Source: a virus | Lineage: Duplodnaviria; Heunggongvirae; Uroviricota; Caudoviricetes | Length of the DNA: 64,000 nucleotides | Virus record (IMG/VR): IMGVR_UViG_3300042923_001771 | Location: 1 to 64,000 of that record | Direction: 5' to 3' (one strand) | Shown: positions 8,177 to 18,554 of the stretch, in pieces | Layout of the letters: each line of letters opens with the position of its first letter | Numbering within the stretch: position 1 is the stretch's first letter | Made by a program: the position numbers and the translations under genes | Notes under the pieces: generated by a model | What the model was told of the DNA's origin: nothing | Seen by the model: the letters and a program-made list of their open reading frames with translations, nothing else | Databases searched by the model: none

Positions 8177-9073
8177 ATGAAGAATATTAAATTTTTTGAT
8201 GAAGTACACGATATGCAAAGGTTTGTCAGAGAAAACATAAATCTATTAGGTAACTATTTAATTATATCTGAACAACTGTACGTGAAAAACAATGAGACCG
8301 GGATAATAGATATGCTTGCTGTTGATTTTGTCAACAGATGTTTAACTATTATTGAATTGAAAAATGAACTCACAACTGATAAAAACATTTGGCAACCACT
8401 TCGTTATTATGATTTGGTTAGACGTGGAGAAGACGACTTAAGACAACTTTTACGTTCTGCAGCTCTGAAACATGGATTTAATCATGAAGAAATTGATATT
8501 GAAACTAAATTAGTACTTGTTGTGTCCGAGTGTAATGATCAATTACTAAGGGCTATGTCTTATTTTAATGATATTGATTCAAAAGTAATTGAACTCAAAC
8601 GTTATGTTATCGATGGAGAAGAATTTGTTAAAACTTATGAACATAAACCCACCTCTATCTTTCACAAAGATGATATAGTAACCATCCAAGATAAAGTAAC
8701 AAAAGAATGGAATTTTGAGACTTATAAAAATTCAGGTATTAATCGTGATAAAACTAAATTAGCAGAACATTTTGCTAATATTGTTAAGAGTATTTTCATT
8801 AAAAAAGGTTATCAATATGACATATTTTTTAGTGAAACAAAAGCTACAATAACTAAGAATGGTAAAGTTTGGGGCTACATATTCATTAAGCAAAAGCCAT
8901 TAGATTATAAGTTAACAGTATCATTTAAACTCTTACCAGATACTGTTATTATTAAAAACGATTTTATTTATAATCCTCATATAGAAAAAATGGAATTTCA
9001 AGGTAACGGAGAAAAAATCAAACTTCAGCTTAATGGTCTTTTAAATTCTTCGCTTATTGAAAAACACATCTAG
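8177..9073 (+). CDS. PD-(D/E)xK nuclease-domain protein (NucS/RecB-like core)
   Basis: GIIDMLAVDFVNRCLTIIELKNE..QPLRYY fits the D..(D/E)xK plus QxxxY nuclease signature. Confidence 0.5.
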   Translation: MKNIKFFDEVHDMQRFVRENINLLGNYLIISEQLYVKNNETGIIDMLAVDFVNRCLTIIELKNELTTDKNIWQPLRYYDLVRRGEDDLRQLLRSAALKHGFNHEEIDIETKLVLVVSECNDQLLRAMSYFNDIDSKVIELKRYVIDGEEFVKTYEHKPTSIFHKDDIVTIQDKVTKEWNFETYKNSGINRDKTKLAEHFANIVKSIFIKKGYQYDIFFSETKATITKNGKVWGYIFIKQKPLDYKLTVSFKLLPDTVIIKNDFIYNPHIEKMEFQGNGEKIKLQLNGLLNSSLIEKHI

Positions 9074-9085
9074 GGGGACGAAAAC

Positions 9086-9616
9086 ATGGGTAAAGGTAAT
9101 AACAACATAACTTCTAAGATTCTTCGTGAAGAAGCAATCAAGATGTTAAATGAACGTGACGTACAACTGGAGGATATCGCGGAAGTAGCATATCAATTGC
9201 AAGTTAAATATGCTCCAAATTTAACTCTAGAAGAGTGTATGTACAACTTAAATAAGGTACTTGAAAAACGTGAAGTATTGCACGCTATTCTTGTGGGATA
9301 TGCAATGGATACTCTTGCTGAAAAGAAACTTCTTCCATACCCATTGCAAGAACTCGTTGAAACTGATGAGCCATTGTTTGGTATCGATGAAACTCTTGTA
9401 TTTGGTATGGTTAATATTTATGGAAGTATTGGTATGACTAGTTTTGGTTATGTTGATAAAGCTAAGACTGGCATTATTGCTGATTTGGATTCCAATGAAG
9501 ATAGAGTTAATACTTTTATGGATGATATTGTTGGTGGTTTGGCTGCAGCAACTTCCAGTCGTATTGCTCATAGATTACGCAATAAAGAAGAGGCAGAAGT
9601 GGAAGAGAACAACTAA
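9086..9616 (+). CDS. PgpA/YutG-like protein (putative)
   Basis: C-terminal FMDDIVGGLAAA resembles the PgpA DDIVAG motif. Tentative. Confidence 0.4.
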   Translation: MGKGNNNITSKILREEAIKMLNERDVQLEDIAEVAYQLQVKYAPNLTLEECMYNLNKVLEKREVLHAILVGYAMDTLAEKKLLPYPLQELVETDEPLFGIDETLVFGMVNIYGSIGMTSFGYVDKAKTGIIADLDSNEDRVNTFMDDIVGGLAAATSSRIAHRLRNKEEAEVEENN

Positions 9617-9645
9617 ATGTTCTCTCTTGATAAGGAGATTATCTC

Positions 9646-9972
9646 GTGGCTAAGTATGAATTTGAAGTAGAAACAAAAGGACAAATAAGCGATGGTTATC
9701 ATACATTTGACGAATTATACTATCATCGAATGATGTTGTTTTCTGTTATTTGTAATCAAAACAAAGAAAAATCTTGGAAATCAAAACTTCATGCTGATGA
9801 AACAATGTATGACAACTATTTCATAGTTGGAATTACAACTATTGAAGGAGATTATACTTATCACTATCATTTAGACAATTGGCATTACTTTAATGTGAAA
9901 GAAGTTGAGTTTGCACCTGAGTATGATGGACATAAACCTGAAGATATTACCCGTCTATTAACTTTAATTTAA
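9646..9972 (+). CDS. hypothetical protein
   Basis: GTG start 9 nt after aaggag. Confidence 0.5.
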   Translation: MAKYEFEVETKGQISDGYHTFDELYYHRMMLFSVICNQNKEKSWKSKLHADETMYDNYFIVGITTIEGDYTYHYHLDNWHYFNVKEVEFAPEYDGHKPEDITRLLTLI

Positions 9973-10000
9973 TGGGTGATGTTTTGTTAGGAGACTTCAA

Positions 10001-10321
10001 ATGAAAAATAAAGTTCATTGGTGCATGCAAAAGAAAATGTGGACAAGTCATGTTTATAATGCTTGCGCAAAAGCAAAAGTAATACTTATTGATGGTTATT
10101 GGTCAGTAGAAACAAAACCAAACAATAGAGCTAATCCTAAAGGTTGGGTATTCACGGATCACACAAACGTCATTATAAATCCAAGTGATGAAATACTTAT
10201 GAACATACAGCCAATTGAGAGACTTCTTTATGACAAGCGAAATGTCAAGTTTAATATTAAAGCTGGAAACATGCTCCTCTTTAATGAACACGGATGTTTT
10301 ATAGTAGAAAAAATTTCTTAA
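10001..10321 (+). CDS. hypothetical protein
   Basis: 106 aa ORF; RBS taggagac. Confidence 0.5.
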   Translation: MKNKVHWCMQKKMWTSHVYNACAKAKVILIDGYWSVETKPNNRANPKGWVFTDHTNVIINPSDEILMNIQPIERLLYDKRNVKFNIKAGNMLLFNEHGCFIVEKIS

Positions 10322-10345
10322 AAATAGAAAGAGGAAAAATCCCAA

Positions 10346-10741
10346 ATGAATGTAAAATATTTTTTAGTTTTTATTTTAATGTTTGCTACTATAGGTTGTT
10401 CTGCAAATGAACAGCAAACTCAACAAATTGAAAAACCAAGAATTATTGGAAATTTACCAGATGGCGAATATCCAGTATTATATGTTGAGTTTCAAGCAGA
10501 CAAAATTCGATATCAAATCAAAACAGATGATGCTTATCTTTATACTGATAAATTAAAAATAGTTGTTAACTCTGGAAAAAACTCTCTTGTTGTTTCAAAT
10601 AATGAACAAACGCTGTATATTGTTGGCAACTCGATTAAATCTGATTATTCTTCTTATAGCAAAGCTAATGCTAGAAAAGCAAGGTCTAGTCAATGGAACT
10701 CAATTGAAAATCAATTAGAAGCTATCAATAAAAAGCAGTGA
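10346..10741 (+). CDS. putative lipoprotein
   Basis: Signal peptide with lipobox FATIGC-S; RBS agaggaaa. Confidence 0.6.
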   Translation: MNVKYFLVFILMFATIGCSANEQQTQQIEKPRIIGNLPDGEYPVLYVEFQADKIRYQIKTDDAYLYTDKLKIVVNSGKNSLVVSNNEQTLYIVGNSIKSDYSSYSKANARKARSSQWNSIENQLEAINKKQ

Positions 10742-10811
10742 AATTGTTGTTAATTAAGCATGCTATATTTTTAATAATATAAAAGATTATAGATTAGGAG
10801 ATGACAAATAA

Positions 10812-11657
10812 ATGTCTAAAGAATTAACACACAAGGATATTTGTCCATACTACGAAGAGAATTGCACAGATGTTGGGTGTGTATGTCCAAAATATTTAGC
10901 TTATGAAGCGGTAAATAAACCCGAAGAAGTATCTGCTGAAATTAAAGAGATGGGTATTGACCCTGATAAAGATTCACTTTCTCTTATGATGGAAATGCAA
11001 AAATTGTTTGCAGCTAAATTTCATAAAGTTGATGATTTTACTAAAGATGAAGTTGATAAGTGGACACTTGCTTATGATGGTTGCATTACAGATGAAATCA
11101 CTGAGGTGCATGAACATCTTTCCGTTTTTCCAGGTGTAGAATCAAAAGACAATAATTTGGAACTTCAAAAAGAATTCATTGATATTTGGCACTTCTTGAT
11201 GGATCAATTTATTGTAGCAGATTTAGATACTAACAAATTAGTTGAAACCTATATTAATGAGTCCAATCTTACTGGACTAACCACTGAATGGGCTATTCAA
11301 TCTGTCGGTGGTGGAGATGCATTGAGAATGGTATTCTTGAATGAATACAATCTTCTTAATAAACGTCTCAATGGAGAACTTTCTACATTGAATAAGGATG
11401 ATAGAGACTTACAAATTCTTGTTCACTCCAATTTAGTACTTGCTGGTATGAGGAAGGTAAGACAACAAATTTCTTGGAAACACTGGAAAAAACCTGCTAC
11501 TTCTATTGACTATCCTAAATTGCATTCTGCTTTGACATATTCATTCAAAGTGCTAGTACAGTGTTTCATTCTTACTGGTTTGGATGCAGAAGAGCTAACT
11601 CGCATCTATATTTCTAAAAACCTAGAAAATCGTTTCCGTCAAAAATTCGGATACTAA
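10812..11657 (+). CDS. hypothetical protein; possibly all-alpha NTP pyrophosphohydrolase-like (weak)
   Basis: EITEVHEH and DIWHFLMD loosely resemble the MazG/dimeric-dUTPase ExxE..ExxD pattern. Confidence 0.55.
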   Translation: MSKELTHKDICPYYEENCTDVGCVCPKYLAYEAVNKPEEVSAEIKEMGIDPDKDSLSLMMEMQKLFAAKFHKVDDFTKDEVDKWTLAYDGCITDEITEVHEHLSVFPGVESKDNNLELQKEFIDIWHFLMDQFIVADLDTNKLVETYINESNLTGLTTEWAIQSVGGGDALRMVFLNEYNLLNKRLNGELSTLNKDDRDLQILVHSNLVLAGMRKVRQQISWKHWKKPATSIDYPKLHSALTYSFKVLVQCFILTGLDAEELTRIYISKNLENRFRQKFGY

Positions 11658-11670
11658 GTAATAATTAATT

Positions 11671-11704
11671 AAGCCACTCAGGGGTAAACTGAGTGGCTTT
11701 TTGT
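11671..11704 (+). terminator. rho-independent terminator
   Basis: aagccactcagg-ggtaaa-ctgagtggctt followed by a T-run. Confidence 0.65.
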
Positions 11705-11776
11705 TGAGTTATATATTTCGATTTTTTGTATATTCAATTATGTAATTGACATATCTTTACAATAGGGGTGATATTT

Positions 11777-13933
11777 ATGTCTAAGAAAATTAAGTTTACA
11801 GGTTTTAATTCTGGAATTGCTGGAGAAAAGTTTCATTTATCTTTTCAAGAATACAATAAAGACACTAAATTTTTATCATTGGTTGAAAATCAAGAAATCA
11901 CTATCTCAAATAATGACTATGATTTATTACCTCAAAATTTATTTGATAGTGGAACTTTAGTTTTAATTGAAGATAATAATTTACTACTAGTAAATAATCA
12001 AGTAGGAGTTTTATCGAGCGTTATTCTAAGCGTAGACTCGTTTCCAAGGCTAAACGGTGAGACAGAAGATTCACCAAGAATTCAAAGAGCAATCAATAGT
12101 TTACCTTCAACGGGCGGAGAAATCATTTTCCCTCCAAAATCCTCATCCTATGTACTCAATACTACTTTCTCAATTAACGGAAAAGCAAATATTAAATTGA
12201 GAGCAATTAAAGGTTCTAAATTCATTATTGGTGTTGGACTTAATTTTTTCAATGTAATTGGTAGTAATCACATTACATTAGAAGGATTTGAATTTGAAGA
12301 AAGTGGATATACTAACAATGTGTTTTTTCAAGATGTTACGTTAAATCATGCTACTTTACTTCAACCAAATACAAACACAAATATTGATGTTACAATTACT
12401 AGTCCAACGTTTACTATTGCTAAGAATGGTACTACACCGGATCAAGTAGAACAATATTATAATGTTACTATAGCATTGGATAGTAGTAAAGAATATACTA
12501 TACAAACATATGATGGATTTGCTGTTGGAGAAAATATTAATAGAATAAAAATCCGTCAATATACAGATGCTACAACATACAAAGAAGCTTCTTTGGATTT
12601 ACAAGTACTTGATGCAGCGAGTCCTGGATATTATAGATGGTTAACAAATTATATTCCAATTGGAATCGTAAAGATTGAACTACTTTTCGCTTATACAAAA
12701 GCCTTTAATTCTGACAATAACAATGCGATTTATGATTTATCTAAGATAAGATTATTTCAAGCTAGCAGACCCCTTCCAAACAATGTAGATTCTTTTCATA
12801 TAAGTGTTCAAAATTCAAAACAAATTACTTTTCAAGATATGAAGTTTAAAGGTATGACGGTTGATGTTATTAAAGTAATTTCAGCTAGTGAAGATATCAA
12901 AATGAGAGATCTTGAATTTATCAATTGTTTTAATGACAATATTGGAGTAGGTTATATAACAAATGGAATATTTGAGAATATTTATTCTAAGAACGAATTT
13001 GTAAGTAATAGTGCAGCAGTGGTTGCATATACAAAATCAACCAATCGTGTTTTTGGTGGAAGTGTAGCTTCTAAAAACATTACAATAAAAAATATATACG
13101 GAAAAGGTATGTATTTTGGCGCCGAATTATGGTTTGTTGATAATATGTTAATAGATAATGTTACTTTTGAAAACGTTCCATGGGGATTATCGATTTGTAA
13201 TAATACAACTGGAAAAATTCAAAACGCAACATTTAGATTGAGTGATAATTGGAAGTTTGCTATTGAACTTGCTACAGGAGTTAAAGTTGATGTTGATAAT
13301 GTTAGAGTTACTGGCCGTTCTATAATGGGTTTTGTGTTTTCTTTAACATCTAATACAGCTGGAAAAGTAAACATTTCAAATGTTGTTGTTGATTCTTGTT
13401 TTTGTATTGCTCAATATACTGATAATAGCATATTTTTTCAAAACATTGAAGTTAAAGAATTGATAGGTATAGGGTTCTTTGGATTGCAGGGCGGAGATTA
13501 TTCTAATGCTACGCTATCTGTTGAAGATTCAAAAATTACTTTTTCTAATACATTGAAAATTTGCAATCCAGCTTACGCTTCTGCTTTTATAAGAACTAAT
13601 GATGGTACAAAATATATGAATCGTATTATTTTAAAAAATTGCGAGTTCTTAGGAAAACCAAATCAACATGCTTTCGGTATACGTACAAGCGAATTATTGA
13701 TGGATAACGTTATAACTGATAATGCAACATTTTACTTTTCACAAATTCGTTTAAAAGATGTAAATGATAAAATGTCAATTATTAGAAATAGTCAAATGTA
13801 CAAGTGGAATTTTGCTGAATTCCCAACCACAGCAACAACTTCAAAATTAGTTTTTAGAGATAGTAAAATTAAATCAACTACATTACCAAGTGGTACTCAT
13901 GTAATTACAGATAATATTGTAACTATGATTTAA
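11777..13933 (+). CDS. receptor-binding protein / tail fibre paralog 1 (conserved N-terminal anchor, beta-helix-like body)
   Basis: N-terminus MSKKIKFTGFNSG..ITISNNDYDLLPQNLF is shared with the 16794 and 18555 genes. The body is Asn/Gly/Thr-rich and repetitive. Confidence 0.7.
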   Translation: MSKKIKFTGFNSGIAGEKFHLSFQEYNKDTKFLSLVENQEITISNNDYDLLPQNLFDSGTLVLIEDNNLLLVNNQVGVLSSVILSVDSFPRLNGETEDSPRIQRAINSLPSTGGEIIFPPKSSSYVLNTTFSINGKANIKLRAIKGSKFIIGVGLNFFNVIGSNHITLEGFEFEESGYTNNVFFQDVTLNHATLLQPNTNTNIDVTITSPTFTIAKNGTTPDQVEQYYNVTIALDSSKEYTIQTYDGFAVGENINRIKIRQYTDATTYKEASLDLQVLDAASPGYYRWLTNYIPIGIVKIELLFAYTKAFNSDNNNAIYDLSKIRLFQASRPLPNNVDSFHISVQNSKQITFQDMKFKGMTVDVIKVISASEDIKMRDLEFINCFNDNIGVGYITNGIFENIYSKNEFVSNSAAVVAYTKSTNRVFGGSVASKNITIKNIYGKGMYFGAELWFVDNMLIDNVTFENVPWGLSICNNTTGKIQNATFRLSDNWKFAIELATGVKVDVDNVRVTGRSIMGFVFSLTSNTAGKVNISNVVVDSCFCIAQYTDNSIFFQNIEVKELIGIGFFGLQGGDYSNATLSVEDSKITFSNTLKICNPAYASAFIRTNDGTKYMNRIILKNCEFLGKPNQHAFGIRTSELLMDNVITDNATFYFSQIRLKDVNDKMSIIRNSQMYKWNFAEFPTTATTSKLVFRDSKIKSTTLPSGTHVITDNIVTMI

Positions 13934-13951
13934 TTTTTAAAGACTATATGT

Positions 13952-13985
13952 AAAAAAGGAACCTAGAAAATAGGTTCCTTTTTAT
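13952..13985 (+). terminator. rho-independent terminator
   Basis: aggaacct-agaaaa-taggttcct followed by a T-run. Confidence 0.65.
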
Positions 13986-14085
13986 ATTTTAAAAAGAAAA
14001 ATATGCAGGCTGTCAAGGTTAAAATATGATGATTTAATATTTAAAATATAATAAATGAATTTATAAAAATATTGAGGTGAAATAA

Positions 14086-14253
14086 TTGATTTGGTGGATA
14101 ATAGGTTGCATTATTTATCTTGCAGTAGGTTTTTGTTTTCCTAAGCCTTGTGATTGGAGAATAATTACAAAAACATTAGTGCATATATTTTGGTTACCAC
14201 TTTTAATTTTTGTTTTAATTGTTATTGTATTTGGTGGCGCTAAAATAATTTAA
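14086..14253 (+). CDS. small hydrophobic membrane protein (55 aa)
   Basis: Not in the ORF track. TTG after gaggtg; two predicted TM helices. Confidence 0.4.
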   Translation: MIWWIIGCIIYLAVGFCFPKPCDWRIITKTLVHIFWLPLLIFVLIVIVFGGAKII

Positions 14254-14266
14254 TGAGGTGAATGAA

Positions 14267-14509
14267 ATGGTTATGTATTATGGTATTTATGTTACTCCTG
14301 AAGATTACGTAGCTCACGTAAAAGTTGCGGATTATGATGAACATACATTTGATGAAACTAGATTTTTCAAAGATAAATATGGAGATAAATTAAAGTTTTA
14401 TTCTGAAGAGGAAGCTTCTGAATGGTTAAATGAAAATGTTAAGTTTGATAAAATCTATCCAGGTGATAGAGTGTTAACACTCAAAAATCAACAAGAATAT
14501 ATGAGGTGA
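14267..14509 (+). CDS. hypothetical protein
   Basis: ATG 6 nt after gaggtg. Confidence 0.5.
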   Translation: MVMYYGIYVTPEDYVAHVKVADYDEHTFDETRFFKDKYGDKLKFYSEEEASEWLNENVKFDKIYPGDRVLTLKNQQEYMR

Positions 14510-14510
14510 T

Positions 14511-14996
14511 ATGATGGAACCATGGGAAAAAGCTATAGAAGAAGTATCTCAGTATTCAGAAAATTATTCAGTTATTGATACGTATATAAAACCTTTATGT
14601 GAGCTTCTTACAGAAAATGGATTCATAACCTTGCATTCTTGTTCAGCACATATAAAAGCTTCAACAAGTAATATAAGACGTTCACTTTATTCTGGTAAGT
14701 GGATTATTGAAAAAGATAGATTTAAGAAAACAACAATATCAAAACGGTGGTACATCATGTTTGTACCACGATGGCCAATTGAAGAAATTGAAAATATCGT
14801 TAAAAGTATTAATGATAAATATGACTATAAAATAGAACTTGAACAAACTAATGACTTTGAAGACCTTACAAATCGTTGGGTAATAGATGAGTTTATGGAG
14901 TTTAATTTCAACGATAAGCAACTACAAGAACGTCATAAAAATATATATATAGAGTTTAAAGATCACTTTGAATTAAAAGCTAAAGAGGTGATTTAA
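14511..14996 (+). CDS. hypothetical protein
   Basis: 161 aa ORF, tightly coupled to its neighbours. Confidence 0.55.
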   Translation: MMEPWEKAIEEVSQYSENYSVIDTYIKPLCELLTENGFITLHSCSAHIKASTSNIRRSLYSGKWIIEKDRFKKTTISKRWYIMFVPRWPIEEIENIVKSINDKYDYKIELEQTNDFEDLTNRWVIDEFMEFNFNDKQLQERHKNIYIEFKDHFELKAKEVI

Positions 14997-14997
14997 A

Positions 14998-15219
14998 TTG
15001 AGTTACAGCCCACTCAAATATAAAATTGAAGAAGCTAAAGCTAGACATGAACATGAAAAATTTAAATTAGCAAAAGAGCATACAGACGAAATGAAGAAAT
15101 TACTTGCTCAATGTACTCATAAATATGAAGATGGTTCTTCTGCTACACATTATTGGGAAGGTCATCATAGAATGGATTATGGAAGAGAATGTAATATTTG
15201 TGGAAGTAAAAATATTTAA
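14998..15219 (+). CDS. hypothetical protein with C-terminal CxxC
   Basis: TTG start after gaggtg. Confidence 0.45.
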   Translation: MSYSPLKYKIEEAKARHEHEKFKLAKEHTDEMKKLLAQCTHKYEDGSSATHYWEGHHRMDYGRECNICGSKNI

Positions 15220-15237
15220 TAGAAAAGAGGCAAAATA

Positions 15238-16281
15238 ATGTTAAAAGAAAGTTATCAGGTATTAGACAGTATTCGCTTGCCACATGGACTTTATTTAGCT
15301 AGTCCTTCTGAGCATTATTCTTTTGTGTGGATTCGTGATACCGTTTACATTTCTCTTCCTTATCTCAACAAAAATGATGGTTGGTATGAAAAAGCATATC
15401 ATCGCATGTTAGACTTCTTCATTCAATATGAATGGAAAAAAGACATCATCATTAACGAAAAACGACCAAGAGCTGAATTTGAATATCTTCATGCTCGGCT
15501 GTCCGCTGACACAGTGGAGGAGATTCATACACAAGAATGGGGTCACGCTCAACATGACATGATTGGCGCTTTCTTGTTTGGAATTGGAGAAGGTTTAAAG
15601 CATGGAAAGAAAATATTGAGAGACGAAACAGATAGACGAATTATACAAAAGCTTGTTCATTATTTGAGTGCAGTAGAATATTGGCATGATCCAGATAATG
15701 GTATGTGGGAAGAATATCGCGAAGTTCATCTTTCCTCAGTTGGAGCTTGTGTTGCTGGTCTAAAAAATGTTCAAAACATTGTATATGTCCCTACTGATTT
15801 AATTGATAATGGACTAAAAACTTGTCTGAGTTTATTTCCACGCGAAAGTAATGATAAACCAGTAGATTTAGCACAATTAAGTCTTGTTTATCCATATAAA
15901 TTATTTGGACTAATGGGAGAAAGTATTGTCAATAATGTTGAGAAATATCTTCTCAGAGAACGCGGAGTAATTCGTTATGAAGGTGATAGTTATTATTCAA
16001 CTTTAGAAGCAGAATACGGTCGTGGTCGGTCAAGACATTTTTACGCAGATACTGAGGCTGAGTGGTGTTTTGGCTTGCCGTGGTTGGCTTTATGTCATAT
16101 TGATCTTGGTAATTATGAAAAAGCTAGAGAGTATGTAAAGAGAACTGAAGAAGTAATGGTTTCACCAGGAAATCTTCCAGAGTTGTATTACTCTAAAACA
16201 AATAAGCCAAATCCAAATACTCCTCTAGGTTGGTCAGTTGCAATGTATATTTTAGCTAAAGAAGCAATAAATGAAGTATAA
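15238..16281 (+). CDS. glycoside hydrolase, GH15-like (glucoamylase-type alpha/alpha barrel)
   Basis: WIRDTVY, GMWEE, SSVGACVAGL and EGDSYY motifs are typical of the GH15/glucoamylase catalytic domain. Confidence 0.6.
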   Translation: MLKESYQVLDSIRLPHGLYLASPSEHYSFVWIRDTVYISLPYLNKNDGWYEKAYHRMLDFFIQYEWKKDIIINEKRPRAEFEYLHARLSADTVEEIHTQEWGHAQHDMIGAFLFGIGEGLKHGKKILRDETDRRIIQKLVHYLSAVEYWHDPDNGMWEEYREVHLSSVGACVAGLKNVQNIVYVPTDLIDNGLKTCLSLFPRESNDKPVDLAQLSLVYPYKLFGLMGESIVNNVEKYLLRERGVIRYEGDSYYSTLEAEYGRGRSRHFYADTEAEWCFGLPWLALCHIDLGNYEKAREYVKRTEEVMVSPGNLPELYYSKTNKPNPNTPLGWSVAMYILAKEAINEV

Positions 16282-16311
16282 AAAAAGACCCTCGTATGAG
16301 GGTCTTTTTTA
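16281..16311. terminator. bidirectional rho-independent terminator
   Basis: agaccctc-gtat-gagggtct with A-run/T-run flanks, between convergent genes. Confidence 0.7.
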
Positions 16312-16626
16312 TTGAATATTTAATGCTTTAATTTCAGGAATGATTCCCATAGTTAGTGCAGTCATTTCGTCAGGTCTAAGTTCTTGTGAACGTTGATTTT
16401 GCCACATTGAACAAATTGAAAGTGGATGTTCTCCTTGATAAATAGCTGTATCGTTTGAATATCCTTCAAGCGCTGTTTGAAGCTCTATCTGAAGTTCTTG
16501 TGGTACATTTAGTAAAGCACTATAAATATTAGCCCAGTGAATATCGTTTTCTGCAGTGTAACTAGGAGCAAGAGTATAGTCACCAGCAATACGAAACATT
16601 TTACTTAATCTTTTCAAACCAAACAC
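16309..16626 (-). CDS. hypothetical protein
   Basis: 105 aa minus-strand ORF ending at the bidirectional terminator. Confidence 0.5.
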   Translation of the reverse strand: MFGLKRLSKMFRIAGDYTLAPSYTAENDIHWANIYSALLNVPQELQIELQTALEGYSNDTAIYQGEHPLSICSMWQNQRSQELRPDEMTALTMGIIPEIKALNIQ

Positions 16627-16717
16627 CTCTTACTTTTCTATTTTTTATACAGAAAGAAATACTCTGAGTGTAAACATTCTATAACACATTCTTCAATTTT
16701 GGTAGAAATCTAAATGA

Positions 16718-16746
16718 TTATAAAATTCTAACAATTATTGTATAAT
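16718..16746 (+). promoter_or_regulatory. promoter candidate with perfect -10 TATAAT
   Basis: tTGTATAAT at 16738-16746; weak -35 ttataa. Confidence 0.3.
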
Positions 16747-16793
16747 ATTTTTGTAATCGAATTGTGTAAATCAATCTAATCGAGGTGATTAAG

Positions 16794-18533
16794 ATGTCTA
16801 AAAAAATTAAGTTTGTTGGTTTTAAATCTGATGTTAGTAATGAATCTTTAAAATTATCTTTATATAAGTATAATGAAGATGTTAAATTTTTAAATTTAAA
16901 AGAAGGTCAAGAAATCACTATTTCTAATAATGATTTCGATTCTTTACCTCAAAATTTATTTACTGATGGTACTTTAATTTTAGTAGAAGATGGAGATTTA
17001 GCTTCCGTTAAACAAGATATTAATGGTCGCGGGATCAATGTTAAAAGCTTTGGAGCTAAAGGAAATGGAACCGATGATGATACATCAGCAATTCAAGCAG
17101 CTGTTTTAGCAGCGGTAGGGAGTAGATTAATTATACCAAATGGTAGTTATAGATTTAAAAATATTTCTATTCCAAGCGATAGTTATATCCAAATTGAATC
17201 AAATGCTAAAATTATAGCTCCAGTTGGAACAACTAATACCGATAGTTTTTTCTTAATTACTGGAACTGTAGGTACAAATAAATCTAGAGTTAAAATTGAA
17301 GGAGGAGTATTTGATGGTGCTAACCTCATGTCTTGTGGGGTGAACATTGATTATGGAAGTGACATCTTAATACAAGATAGCAAATTTGTTAATATGATTA
17401 CTGGAGTTAATACAGCACCACAAGGTGTTGGATTAAGTATTAAGAACAGTAAAGACGTTAGAGTAAATGGAGTTTGGGTTGATACAGCTACGGTTGGTGT
17501 GTTGTCTTATAGGTGTGATAGAGGTATAATAGAAAATTGTACCCTTCTTAATACTTCTAGAGATGGTATTTTGTGCTACGACGGAACAAAAAATATAAAG
17601 ATTTCAAATAATCATGTTGATATATATTGCACTTCTGGAGAAACTGGCCGTGCTGGAATTCACATTTATGGTAGTTCTGATACTATTGTTACAGGAAATA
17701 CTGTACTAAATGGTCAATTTGACGCAGAAGGTATTCGTTTTAGAGATGCAAATAGATTTACTTGTGTTGGTAATTATGTAAAGACACCTGGTGCTTCAGC
17801 TATTGCAGTTGTCCGTATTGGTGATTTTGTTGGATTAGATGGTGGAGACGGAACCATTTCAGGCAACTTTATTCTAAATGCTGGTTTACACGGAATTACT
17901 GTTAGTTATGCACTAAATAAACCCGTAAGTATTACTGGTAACACAATCAAAAATACAATTACGACCAATCCATCCGATCCTGCTACAGCAATTCTTGTGG
18001 GTGCTAATTATTGTTCAATTATTGGCAACACAATTGACACTGCTCAAGGTGATGGTATTGACGTAAGCGGAACTTTTAATACAATTACTGGAAATACTAT
18101 TCGAAACGTTGGTACTGGAACTATTGGTGCGCGAGTTGGTATTTTCTTAACAGGCACTGATAATGTATGTACTGGTAACACTATCAACGATGATCAAGGT
18201 ACGCACACAATGATTAACGGTATTCGTCTCTTTTCAACAGCTACAGCTATTATCAAAAACAATAACATTAATGGTGCAACTAGTTCTGCTTATCGTTTAG
18301 ATGGTAAAATGATAGGTGAAAATAGTGGAAGCATTATCTTAGCAAATGGCGCAACTTCAGTATTAGTAACTCATGGTCTTCGTGATACACCAACTAATAT
18401 AATTATATCTCCAATGACAGACGGACTTGGCTCACCGTGGGTAACTAACATTACTGCTACAACTTTTACAATTAATGTAGCAGCTGCACCATCAAAAGGT
18501 TCAAACATTGGTTGGAGAGTATCAACACAATAA
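16794..18533 (+). CDS. receptor-binding protein paralog 2, pectate-lyase-like parallel beta-helix
   Basis: Shares the N-terminal anchor. Repeated GNTI.N/GNYV coils (ITGNTIKN, IIGNTIDT, ITGNTIRN, CTGNTIND). Confidence 0.75.
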   Translation: MSKKIKFVGFKSDVSNESLKLSLYKYNEDVKFLNLKEGQEITISNNDFDSLPQNLFTDGTLILVEDGDLASVKQDINGRGINVKSFGAKGNGTDDDTSAIQAAVLAAVGSRLIIPNGSYRFKNISIPSDSYIQIESNAKIIAPVGTTNTDSFFLITGTVGTNKSRVKIEGGVFDGANLMSCGVNIDYGSDILIQDSKFVNMITGVNTAPQGVGLSIKNSKDVRVNGVWVDTATVGVLSYRCDRGIIENCTLLNTSRDGILCYDGTKNIKISNNHVDIYCTSGETGRAGIHIYGSSDTIVTGNTVLNGQFDAEGIRFRDANRFTCVGNYVKTPGASAIAVVRIGDFVGLDGGDGTISGNFILNAGLHGITVSYALNKPVSITGNTIKNTITTNPSDPATAILVGANYCSIIGNTIDTAQGDGIDVSGTFNTITGNTIRNVGTGTIGARVGIFLTGTDNVCTGNTINDDQGTHTMINGIRLFSTATAIIKNNNINGATSSAYRLDGKMIGENSGSIILANGATSVLVTHGLRDTPTNIIISPMTDGLGSPWVTNITATTFTINVAAAPSKGSNIGWRVSTQ

Positions 18534-18554
18534 AATTTAATTGAGGTGGTTAAA

